A stretch of 64,000 nucleotides of DNA from Balanoglossus misakiensis. Taxonomy: Eukaryota; Animalia; Hemichordata. The stretch spans positions 10,890,390 to 10,954,389 of the forward strand of contig CM082580.2 in NCBI GenBank assembly GCA_040954595.2, given 5' to 3'. Below, one piece after another: positions 35,201 to 48,100 of this stretch. The notes under the pieces were generated by a model. That model saw only the letters and a program-made list of their open reading frames with translations. It did not search any database and had not been told where the DNA came from. The translations under genes were made by a program, and so were the position numbers. Positions within the stretch are counted from its first letter, which is position 1, and each line of letters starts with the position of its first letter.

Positions 35201-38200
35201 ATCATGCTGAAAAAGGCAGAGTCGCATACCTTTTGATATTCTTCTTTGAAGTGCTCCACTTCTTTGTGTCGGTGTTCCACCGTCTGTTCTGCCTCTTGCA
35301 ACATCGGAGTCAGTCTCTCCACATCGTTGCTGAAGTTGGATATGGTATCATAGGCTACATTGATTCTGCTCAATGCCCTCTCGAACTTGATGATGGTTTT
35401 CTGCAAGAGACACATTAATTCAAAACATCTTCATATCAACACAACATTAAAGCTCTATTACATGTAACTTTGTTTTTTTTTCTGCTTTGCCCTATTTGTG
35501 TATTGTACTAGGAACTTGGAAGTCGGAATAAAAATCGAAAGCTTACCTTGTGAGATCGAGCCATCTTAGAAGCAATGTGTTTAAACATATCGATGAACTC
35601 CAAGAAAGTCACAGGTGTGAAGAATTTGATCTGTCTTTTGTAGAGGCCCTCCACGATGTGTTCAGCAGACTGGTGTATGTAGGCCATGGCGTGACACATG
35701 GCTGAGATCTGATTGCCTGCATCTTCTATACGCCATGGAATGTAATGTGGCTGTGTGAATGAAGAAGGATATATGGTAATTCATTCTGTGAAATTGAGAG
35801 TGACTCCTGATATAGGGTCAGAAAAACAAGAGCTAGCACATAGGTCAAAACTGAACGATGAAGGATGGCTGATATAGAAACTGGAAGCACAACTTTGGTG
35901 CCAACTCAGGCCAATCTGACATACACACCTTTCCGGTGTGTTTGTCTTTTGTTTCTCGTCGGATCCACTGCGTTGCCACGCTAACCAGCGCTTCGTGTGT
36001 CCAGGGGAAATGCACATCAATGCAACAACTGTGTGTGAGTAAGGCTGGGAACATCTGCAATGTGGCATTGGCTTTGTCATAGTTGATATCTGAAAATGAA
36101 CACAGCAGACATGCTGTCACCTACATATATGAGAAAGTTGGCTCTATTTTGCCATTAAAAGTCACATCAAGCTAATAACACTACAGTGAGACCTTTTTGA
36201 AGTTCCGAAAGGCAGGACTGAATTATTGGCTGTTCAACAAGTCGGATATGAAGTCTCCATTTGCCAACCTAACTCAAAGACTCTCTGTCTTCATTATTTT
36301 TTGTTGAAGTCAATTGAAATTGACTTACCTGTGAAATCCATGCAGACAACAACATGCATGTTATTGCACACACGCCTGTAGAACCTCTCGATGGCCATCT
36401 CCATTCTCTGACCGCGATGACCTCCCCCTTTCGACCCTGGCAACATGGTTGTGGAAATTTCCTCTATTTCTTCTTCAGTGTACAGATTAGGAAGTGTTCC
36501 TGTAAGACAAGCAATACATTAACAATACCGGTTTTGATAATGCACATGATGCAGGAGACATAATATCGGTGAGGCCGGAACTGATCCTGAGAAATCAATT
36601 AATACAAGTTTACCACTCTAAAAAACTACCGGTTGGTATTTTCACATGACCTCCCAATGAATGACCAACTCACCCTGTGTCATAACAGCAGAGATATCCC
36701 GCATGCAATCTGTACCGAGAGTGTCCCTCACAAGCAACACCACTGGTTTTCCTTGTAACCCAGCCATGTGACTGGCATCTTTGATATGCTGTCGTAGTTT
36801 CTCTCGGTTCACTGTCATGTCATCTCTGGTGGAGGGCTTGGTCTCGTATAGTCTGCATCTGGCGGCGTACGATGCCAGTTTGACCAGCGAGCCCCGGCCA
36901 GTGCAGTGGGTTTTTCCTAGCAGCAAAGCATTGCCACCAGATATGCTCTATCGAAAGAAAAAAAAACAATTCTGGATTATGGTTGAACATGTATATGGTG
37001 GTATAAGGGTTACTGTGATAAGACAAGCATGACTCACCAGAACTCTGGTTAACTTAGCAAGATGCAGAAGTGCTTCTTTGAAGAGAACCAGCTCCATTTT
37101 CTTGGACGGATACTTTTCGTTGTAAAGCAGGAGACATCGCTGAACGCCTTCCATCAGGGAACTGTCACTGCTTTCAGTGTAACCTAGAACAACGAAAAAT
37201 TATAAACAGGTTGTAATGCTGAAAGGTATAAAATATGGCCACTTTTACAATCACCCATATAGCTAATACATGTACGTGGAACAAAAATACTGAAAAAATA
37301 GCACACAGCTACTCTCCCTTCAAAGTGCTTCCTAGTTCACAAATGATTTCTTACCTCTTTCTCTGGATCCAGATGAGTACAGATACTGACTGAAGATAAT
37401 ATCAGTAAGACTTTCACCAGGCAGAGTGATCTGAAAATAGGAGAAGACTTACACTGTAATAACACTGAACGAGAAGCAGTTACTGGTAAAAAAAATCTAT
37501 TATTTCAAACAAAAGAAATCAGATTTTATTATCGACAATTGAAGATTTTCACCTGGTCCATACTAAGCAGTGGTCCACTGTACCGCCCGTGGGACGCATC
37601 GCCAATCAGACCCGGTTTGAAAGTGACGCCACGTCGATACGCTCCCGTGGGTCTTCCGGACTCGCCATCCCGGGGAGTGTTGGGTTTTAGCACTCCGGGT
37701 GTGGACGGGGTCGCTGACTGACGCAATATTCCGGCTGAGGCTCCAACCCTGCTTCCATTGCCTGTGTTTGTGTCTCTCTCTGATGGAAAAAATTGGAAAA
37801 GAGTAAAATGTCACTTCATGAATGTTTTTGAGTGTATATATGCTGGCTACACGTATTGCTACAGCACAAGCGTACATGTAGGTCTGAGTTTTTGAATCAC
37901 ATCAAATACAAGTTAACGACAGAATTTTGAATACGAAGGACACATTTTCAAAGGTTGTGACAAAGGAGTAACACTAAAAGTTCATTAAAAAGACTGATTT
38001 GACAGATACCTGTAACTGAAATCTTTCTGACTTCTTCAGACCTTGGCGACTGTTGCAGGCTTGTGGCATCTTCTTCACTGTACGTCCCTGAAAAACAACG
38101 GAAAAAAAATAAGTCTAAGTTTTGGCCAGAGTGGAAAAAACAGAGTAACGGCAACTGACTACATGTTTTTTCATGTTTGCTATTACACAAATCATTCTCA

Positions 38201-41200
38201 GCATAATGACAATCTCTGTCCAGATTCTTATATGAAAGGGTGAAATGACAAAAAACCTCCCAAAAGACAACTTAGATGTTGTTATTACCTGAGGCAGTAG
38301 TGGCCCTAGACTCAGTGACAGTTTCTCGGTCACTGTCTGGTGATGCAGACTCTGTTTCAGTAACTGTGCTGACCTTTCTGCTCTTGTCTGCCGTGTCTGT
38401 GATTAAGAAAATATGCACATATCCTGGTGATTGTCACAAAGTACACATTAAAAGCATCTACATAATATGTTTATAAACATAGTCATCCCTTGTCAGTGGA
38501 GTAGCGTTTTGACTGTACAAAGATTAGATACACCACTGTAAAACATTTTGGCATCATATATTTTTGACAGACATTTGAAGGCACAGAGATACCTATGACT
38601 AACCTTCTGGCACAAGCTGTGAATCTGACTTTGTTTTCTCCTCCTCATCCACAGCATCTTTCGTTCTTTCTGTGTCTTCTCCCTTCAATTGTTGGTCTTC
38701 GTCTCTCTCTGTCTTGGAATCAGCATCTCCTGTTTCCTTAGTGACAACACCATCCTTGCCATCTCCATCCCCACTCTCCGCCTTCTCGCCAACATCCCGC
38801 GTTCCTGCCTGGGATTTTTCCGAATCAGATTTCCTCCTGGGTGTTCCCGTCTTCCTGGGCGTTCCTCTAGGTGTCAGAGTTCTCCCGCTGGAAGAGCTGA
38901 TTCCCGGTGAAGTCGCAAGTGGGGAAAGTCGCTTCCCTGCTTTCTCAGGAGTTTTCAGCACAGTCAAATCACTTTCTGAGTCAGCCTGGTGAAAAAACAC
39001 AGGTAATACATATAGTTCCATACAAATTTTTAATTCAACATCAACAACACTAAAACAACACATCCTTAACACGCCTAGAAACTATGAATCTGCATGTTTT
39101 CTGAGTTATTCCTTTACCTGTTCATGAATTTCCTGAATGGTCTCCATTTCCTGACCAACGTTATCCCGCCCAGTACAGAAATGTCTCTCCACTGTCTCAT
39201 GAAGCTGTCTGGTGAACCAAGCACGATCTGGAAAAAAAAGTAAAAAAAACACAGCCCCTTTTAGAATAATTCAGCACTGACTCATGGCCATGTCAGTATT
39301 GAAAATTCAAATTCATTCCCACAATAAGTTAAGTGGCAGAAGTCACAAACAACAGGATTATTCCACTGTGTATACCTTCTTCACTGATGAGTCTATCGAA
39401 ATAGGTCCTGGTCACTTCATGACACCATAACCGTACCACCACTCTCATCATCGGTGGACTGACTACAGTCGAGGTGCCTCTGGTCTCAGTTGAACTCAAG
39501 GATGTCCAACTCTGGCTGTGTTTCATGTTTGTACTCTGACCGTTCTCTGACTGGAGCAGAGGAACACTCTGGGATTTACCTAGAGCAAATAAGGGAGAAA
39601 AAAGACAAATAAGTTTACCTCACTATAGTTCTATATTGCTATGAATTTCAGCTGGTACAGTTTTGACATTCTTCTCAGTTTTCTCTGTAAGAGTGTAGAG
39701 ACCTACCAGGTGTTTTGCTGGCCCCTCCTGCAGGGGTCGCAGTGGCAGCAGCGGTCGAACCTCCTCCCCCTCCTCCTCCTGCTTTTCTGCGTGTCGGTTT
39801 CGGCCGTCCCCTGGATCGGGGAGACATCAGGAACATGCCACTGACACATCGTGCTACGTCGTGCAATGAGAACACGTAGTGAGCGTTGACAGGTGTTGGG
39901 GTCAGGTTCTTGTTGAATACTTGGTACAGGTCCAGGGTTGCTGACAGAATAGCCTATAAAACAGAGAATATATGTTCAGAATGTTCACCATTACGTGAAA
40001 TTATACAGGTCTTTCGCAGTGGTTTTCCAGGAGTATATATCACAGTTCAAAAAGGCTACTTTCCAGATGATTACTCACATGTGCCATCTCATAGTGATGC
40101 GCAATGGAGTAGGCTGGGAACTCTTCCAACCAACTCTGCAGGGGTTTCCCATAGACCTGATGCACAGCTTCACCGGACATTGGAAACACAGACAGAATGG
40201 TGAACATCCTGGCCAGCCTGGGGTGTATGATCTGATTGGCTTTGCCCGTGCCAATACCGGACACGCCAGGCGAGACCGCAGCGGCGATGAATTTCGCACC
40301 GTCCACGGGTTTGAAGTACAGGCGCTGTCTGTCATACGCTCCACCATGGCTTAACATTTCACGAAGCAGCTCAAGGCATGGTTGGTTGCCTGTATTAAAA
40401 TGGAATGGTGATAGAAAGTGAAAATCATTTTTATTTCAATATGCACAAATACCCTTACACAAAAATGGCCCAATATGTGAGGTGTACATATTTGGAACAA
40501 GTGGATTTTTAGTGATCTATTCGACGTCAGATGCCATACCTGTCTGTGTGTCAGAGTACGTAGCATTGAGATCGTCCAGGAAGAAGAGATGATCTGCCTT
40601 CATGTCTTTGGTTCCTTTACTGGCAGCCAGGGCCATGGCCCTCTGTTTCACCTGCTCCAGTTTGCTCTCTATCGTCTGTTGCAGCGTTCTGGAGTCCAGT
40701 CCTGTGGACAACACTGTCCTGGTGAAGTAGTGCTTGGTGTGCACCAGGTTCTGAGAGGAAAAGAAGAGAAAATGCAAATTTTAACCCTTTCACCCCCATT
40801 TTCCTCTTTAGAGGTCCAACCTTACCATAGAAAACAATGGGTTTGAACTGAACCATAGTGGTGAAAGGGTTATTTGGTGACACAAAGAGTCATGTTGACT
40901 GTTTGGAGTGAAAATGAAAAGAAACTGACCTGCATGAGTGCCGTCTTGCCAACACCAGGAGGCCCAGTCAGTAACACTGGATAGTTACAACTCAGTAGAA
41001 GATCTATCAAATGACTGTATCTTTCCGCCTGTGTACAAAATATCATGATTTTATTAGTCCATCTGAAAGTCTGTCCATCCATCCATCAACCCATCCATCT
41101 ATACAACCAACCAGCCAGCCAATTAACCCTTCATCCATCTGTTCATCCATCCGTCTACCCAATAAACCACCAGCCCATCAATCCATCAATCTATATATAT

Positions 41201-44200
41201 TTTACCAAATCACTCACTCATTCATTCACTCACGATTAATAAAACAGAGCCTGCACAATCCATGCAGCGACATTTACCTCTGGCACAATAGTGAAACCAG
41301 ACGCCAAAGTCTTGATGCCATCTTGGCTGTATTCCCTCCAGGATATCAGTAATCCAGTGTAGGGCTCCACCATGTAATCAAACACTGTACCCTGGCTGGG
41401 TAGATGTACATCGTGCCTGGCTCTGTTCAGTCTGTGCCTTACAAACCTGTCAAACTTTGCCACGGATCTGAAAATATCAGTGCACACAGTATATACATAA
41501 GATTAGGGACACTTATCACGTGTGAAGAGCCTGTTGTACTGGTAATCCTCACAGGTATATAACTTGGTCACATCTTTCAATAATTCCTTTATTATAAGGC
41601 ATTTTTTTCTTGAGTGCTATTCACATTACCTATGATGTAAATGTCCACCAAATCCCCAGATATAAGCAAGTGTAAACATCCCAATGATCTGATTGGTGTG
41701 ATTCGGTGTGATGCTGTCTTCGAGACTGGAACTCTGCCGACTTATGGGAGTTTGTCGAGCTCGACTCTGGGAGTGAGATTCCCTCTTCTCTGAGAAGATA
41801 AGAACATTAAAAACCAAATTTAAAAATTTATTTAGCAGAGCTGTTGAGCACATGTTCCTAATAATGCAAATCATATACAAATCCTTAGGCACGAGAAATG
41901 TACGTCTGCTCTGAGGGCAGTTGAGAGATATTGCTGCCCTTGCAGATTGATAGACTCTGATTATTTCCCCACCTGCTGTGGACGGGCTTCTGGGAGTTGC
42001 TTCCTCCTCGTTCTCTCTGAGAATGTAGCGGTCGAACAGCGACGACAGGATGTTGAGGAACGACGTCACTTCCTGGATTCCAGTCGCCACGGTAGCAGTG
42101 CTCTGACTGGCCGGGGTGACGTCGGCTGACAGCGAGCAGCTGCAGTCTGCGTTGAGGAATTTGATGGTGGCGGCAAAGGTGTCCTCGACCATGGCAGTCA
42201 ACATTTGGAGACTGGAAGAGGGAGACAGATTATCGTTATATTGCTTGACACGAACAAATAATTGTGCAATACAAAATGAATGTGAAAACAATTGGACTGA
42301 CAAACCAAAGTTTGGTGAACATGTGTACAACTGATGATTCGTCACCTTTTGTTGAAGAGTTCCCATCTGGCCTTGGCGTTCTGCAGCCACGACTCAAACA
42401 GCATCTTCCACTGGACCACGTCACTGCCGCAGTAGACGACGGCGCAGCGTCCAAGCAGGGCTGGTGACGTGCTGTCGATACTGCATGTCTCAAATAACAT
42501 GGATGTGGAATCTGTGGGGCAATAATCAGAAGGGAAATCAGACTTGTTATGTCAAAACTGAAGACTCCCTTTTCTCTCACCCTAAACTGCCAGGCCCGGC
42601 CAGACCCAACCTGCAATCTTCAAAACCACTCACCCATCAGATCAATCTGCTCCCCATTGTTGACACAAAGCTTCTTCTGCTCATCCAGCAGAGTATTCAT
42701 GTTGTCCACCCAGCTGTTTGCCAGCTGACCGTCCAGTACGATCCATTTCTTGACCACGCTCGGCGTGGCCGCTTGGTTCTGACCCTGCGTCGGATTCTGG
42801 CCCTGCTGAGCGACCTTGTCCTGGTGTTGTTGGATCATGGCCTGTGCTGCCACGGTCTGTGCGTTTGCCTCGTGCAGAAGCTTTGGCACTATGCCTTCTC
42901 TCCACATGCCGGTTTTGGTGTAGCTGCCGAACAGCTGAGGGCAAACAATATACAGAAGACTGTAGTAAGCATGTCTGAAGTTGAAGAAAGTTTGGCTTAT
43001 AGACAGAACGGGATCGAAGCAAACAGTAAACTGGCAACCATACCTCATCCATGGACAAGACACCGGGATACACTGTGGAGACATCCACCTTGGGATAAGT
43101 GATGGTCTGGCTTTGCTCACTCACAATGTCATACCAGTGTAAAGAAATGGCTGATATCACTCTGGCTACTTGACGGACCTTGTCCATCACTGCGGAAGCA
43201 GTCGAACTTCCCGGACGACCGTCAGAGCCTTCTATTGCCTGTTGTAAAGAAAGGGAAGCCATCATTGAAACAATACAAACTAACCCATAAGGCATGCTAA
43301 AATGAATGATTTCTGATAAAGTCTTGGTTTAACCATTTCACCACTGTGGTTTGATCCACATCCATTGACTTCTATGGTAAAATTGGACCTCTACAGAAGG
43401 ATATTGGGGTGGCTAGGGTTAAAAATACCTTGATTCTTGGTCCCCTGATTGGTGCAGGGCGTTGTGAGAAGAGTTCTTCTCTGACTGGCGGATTGCTGTG
43501 AAGCGTGTTGAGGACTCTGCTCAGTGTGTGGTAACATGTGCTTTTACCACTTCCCGATGCCCCAACCAGTACGATGCCACACTTTTGTTGCAAACACTCG
43601 TATAATTGTAACACCTGAAAAAAAATGGTATGTTAGGAATTTAATAGAATGTTCTACAGAAAGATCAGTGAATGTTGGAAAAGAGGCTTTCTCAGCGACC
43701 ATTACCTCCCCTAACAACCATTACCTTGGCAACATGTTGAGGGTTTGCCTGCAGTTTATCCGCCACCATCTGTTCCTGCACGGCATTCACCAACACCGGA
43801 TCATGGTCCTGGGCAGATGCCGGACGACTGCTCTGCGGGAAAACCGTCCGGATCACTTGCTTCACGACCTGCATGGCCTCAACGTTGTGCAGTTTGGAGA
43901 GTAACGTCTTCTGTATTCCGAACAGCAGAGCTGCTTCTTCCCGGACTGTTTTGTCGTCGTAATCCGAGAGCTCTGTGCTATCAAATATTTCACTAGCTGC
44001 AGATCGTGATAAAGAAAGAAGGTTCTCAAATCAAACCAATGTACAATGCAGTAGTAATCTTTAAACAGGAAAAAACTTGTATGGTGGCAGTGTAAACGAA
44101 ATTCACACCAAGCAACCATTGCCTGAACATCCCACATCTAATAATTTCCTTACCCTCTTTGATGTCCGACAGCGATGGGGTGGTTGCAGTACTTTTTCTG

Positions 44201-45075
44201 CTGCCGATCTGATGAATCTGTCTTCTACTGAATAACTTGACGGTTGCAATCTGAACGGCCACTTTGATGGAACGCAATCCGGGACCAAACCGTATTCCAG
44301 AACCATCTGGTAGCTGAAACAAAATCAAAGGCAGATCTTAATGTAGCTGCAGTACACGATGGGAGAGAATTGCCTGGTAGCTGTAACTGTTCTGCATTGC
44401 ATATTGTAGTCCATGGTGTCCATGCAATTGCTGTACACAACTATTCCAGCATATCAGTCATATATCGCGCATGCCCCTACCTGTTTCTCCAACAAGTCAT
44501 ACAGCATGTTGACTTTCTTGGCCAGAGTCGAGATGTCATGGAAACCTTTGTAACAGAGCATTGCTTCCAGGATTTGAAGGCGATCAGGTTTTACCATGGC
44601 AACAGGTCTCATCACCAACTAAAATGGAGGAACAATATAATGTGTTAAACTATTTCCACCAACATCCAGATCACAACACAAAAATACCAGCTCACAGATG
44701 GCCATGAAAGTTGCCAATTCTGAAACGTGACTAACCTTCAGACTATTTGGTATTTCATGACCAGTTGAACCGCTGCTGTTCAGAGTCATAAAACAAGCAC
44801 TGCCACCATTGGCCTGCATCAGGCTGCCATTGAACAACAGATTACCCAGAGTGCTGGGCGTATAGGTCCACTGCGTCAGGTGTCCAAAGTCGGCGTCTAC
44901 TTTCCTTTTGCTCTTCATGAAACGAGCTGTGTGTGAATGCAGGTGCGAAAACAGCGAAAAATGAGATCTTGTGACACAATTACTGAGACGGAACAGACTG
45001 ACAAATTTGCTTTTTGTTTGGCGTTACCAGTAATAGCAATCTCCACTTTTGAATTTTCCCTGTCACCTCTTCTCG

Positions 45076-45117
<42 letters not shown>

Positions 45118-48100
45118 TGTCAGTCTGTTTGTTCATCCATCTGTCTGTGTCAATTTCTCTTGTTCTTATTTTCACTATTTAGTTCAAAATAATCACACTT
45201 CAGGAATGATAGACTTAAAGCTGAAATAGAAAACTGTTACACTATGGAGTTAGTTATCTACACCACACAGTTATATTTCTAAATGACAGTGCAAAGTGAA
45301 CACAATTATTGCATGTGCACAATGACTGTTAACATTAACAGTGCATGTTGACTGCATGATGTTATTACTTAGGGTTACTTTTAAAACACAGTAAATTTCA
45401 AACCACCATTAACAGACTTCCAAGTTCAAATCCATGTGGCACAAATTTTCAACTGTGCCAAAAATGAAATAAAAACTTATAAACATTTACAGATAGAAAA
45501 ATCTGGACATGCTCTATCTTGTAATTTCTGTTTATATTTCAGTTTACATTTACGCCAACATATTGTTTCAGAAAAAAATCTGAACTTGGAATGAATCTGT
45601 TGTTATTAGTTTAAAGTTAATTGTATCATTAGACTTTGCAGTGCACCTTAAATGTTTAAACCTGCATGACATACTAGATCAACAGGAGATCAGAGTGCAA
45701 AGGGTTTCATTGAATTTAACCTTTGCAAGTTGATCCCTGGTAGCCTATGACATCAATGGGATATTTGTTTGTTTTCTGAGCAGGGTTCAAAAGTAGGAGG
45801 TCAGAATGAAAGTTGAGAGGAGGATAAACATTTTTCTGAGAGCAGAGACTACAGCCCGAGTGTGATACAATAAATCTCACTGAGTTGTAGCAGTACAGTT
45901 ATACTCTCTCAGTGCCAATGAAGTTTCTAATCTCTACTGGAATGAAGTTCAAATTGCATCATACAAACCTCGGTACAAAGCTGTTACGTTTGTGTGTTTT
46001 TTTCAAACGAGACAAAAGAGACAAAAGTCACACTTAATGTTAATAATTTGACCAATCTTACAATGAAGAAGTTTGTAAAAATTATCACACGGAAATTTGA
46101 CGTCTTCATGTTAGGAAACCTTACAACTTGAAAGGCGAAAATTTTCCTGATATGACATTGTTTATGGATATGTTTACACGATGTATCTGTGCATTTTGTG
46201 TCTAGAATATAGATTGCAAAAAAATCAATTATTTCTATAGTACATAAGACCACCATTCCTCAAGTTTAAATTGGCAAAAACAGACATGTACATTGCAAAA
46301 AACACAATGTCTATAATTTTCTCCTTATCACAAACATTACCATGATAACATTAACATGTGTTTATACGGAAAACATGCATTACAATCAGATAAATGCTGG
46401 TAAATAAAAAATGCTGTATTGTTTAGCAAGCAAATTTATCACACTGCATGCTTTTGTGGATAACTGTCAGAATTCTGATTTTTGTTCTGAAAAGGGGTGT
46501 TTTTGATAATATATACCTGGACCATGCATTTCACCAAATAATGGTATAGGACTGATATCTGGATAATAATCGTCTTTGTTGAGATGCACAGTTCTGCTGA
46601 TGGAGTGTCTTCTGATCCGGGAGGAGATGGAACCCTCTTCCTCCTCCCCAAATGTCTCCTCAAAGTAGTTGGTGACTTGGCCCTGGTTTTGAAAAAAATG
46701 AACCACCACATGCTTATGAGTATACACAATTCCTTTGATCATACCGGAATATGGAAAAGCACAAAGTATAGTTGACACTATACCTTCAACATTACGGTCA
46801 ATACCACAGCTTACCTTTTCCATGTTTGGAAATGTCTTCTCTCTGTCTATGGCTGGTTTTACAGGCAACGAATGCAGAGTTGTCAGTGAGTTCCTCCTCT
46901 TCATCTTTGGTTCCTGAGAAACAAGGAACAAAGAAGTTCATATGCATTATCATTTCTTGAATGCTGAAAAGCAGACACCTCAAAAGGGTACCCTAATTTC
47001 ACTCACCTTATCATGTCTAGAGGTTCCCCTAGTGCCATACTGACTATCACTGCTGGCCTCCAACACTCTGTACGTCTGTCGGACGTACTCCAGCTGCTGA
47101 CCCAGCACAGACATCATGGAATGGGGAAGTCTGTCTGCATTATCCCAGATCAGCCAGCTTCCCGCCTGGATCATTCCCCTCAGTAGCCTATTCACCAAGT
47201 ATGTATGCAAGGATTCTGTACAGTTGAACGTCACACAATGTCTTCCCATTGTCTAGGTAAAAAGGAAAATGATAAACAAATATTTAGCTTAACTTTAATA
47301 GTTGATTTTTATATTCCTATTCTACCAAGGTAGTTTAAAAAAAATATTTGACTTCAGATCAGAGTTATCCGAACAAGATACATACCCTGGCAAGATCTCT
47401 GATAGTCTGCGACTTCCCGGTGCAGGCAGGTCCCATGACTGCCCCACAACTGTGACCTTTCACGGCCAAGGTCAAGTTCAGGTGGCACCTGTCGGTCAGC
47501 GGGGTCATCACCAGCCTCGACGTCGGACCGTTGTACTCGTACTCGTACAGGAAGGAGCTGCCCATCTGCTGGATCTCGCATTCGTCCAGCACGTGACCCG
47601 TGGCTACCATGGTGACCATCCTCATCTGCGACGCTGTCCCCGCAGCTTCACTCTCGAGAACATCATCTGGAAAGAAAAAAAGTCAGCAGTGAACTTTCAA
47701 CAGACCCATTCCATGATCGTTTACTGAACCATTCTGCCGGTACAGTTGTACATGTGTGTGTGTGCTGCTGCTTTACCTGTGAACTCGTCCGTCTTTTCAG
47801 AGGATGCCTGCGACACAGTCTGTGGATGTGCACGGAGTACCGACTGCATGTCCATGTGATAACGGAGAACCTTCAACCAGTCAAAGCATCTCTCATTGGG
47901 AGAGTCCAGCGACAACAGATCTGTCGTGGAAAAAATGAAGGATGTAAGAATTAGGTCGACTGAGGAAAGATGACACTATAATGATGTCTGATGAGCATCT
48001 AAAGTCAACCAGGTGTCTGAAAAAATTCAGACAACTTTATAAACTCATCCACCACCATGGTTCAGTCCAAACCCAGTGTTTTCTATGGTAAGGCTGGACA

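Noticed and set aside
26507-43102. Plus-strand ORFs overlapping dynein exons (e.g. 26507-27169, 42464-43102)
   Set aside because: Antisense shadows of GC-rich coding exons; no recognisable domains.
44940-46470. Possible gene end (stop at 46467 plus AT-rich tract) splitting the dynein into two genes
   Set aside because: A donor near 46515 and an acceptor near 44927 join in frame and AAA1 motifs continue across; this is a 1.6 kb intron.
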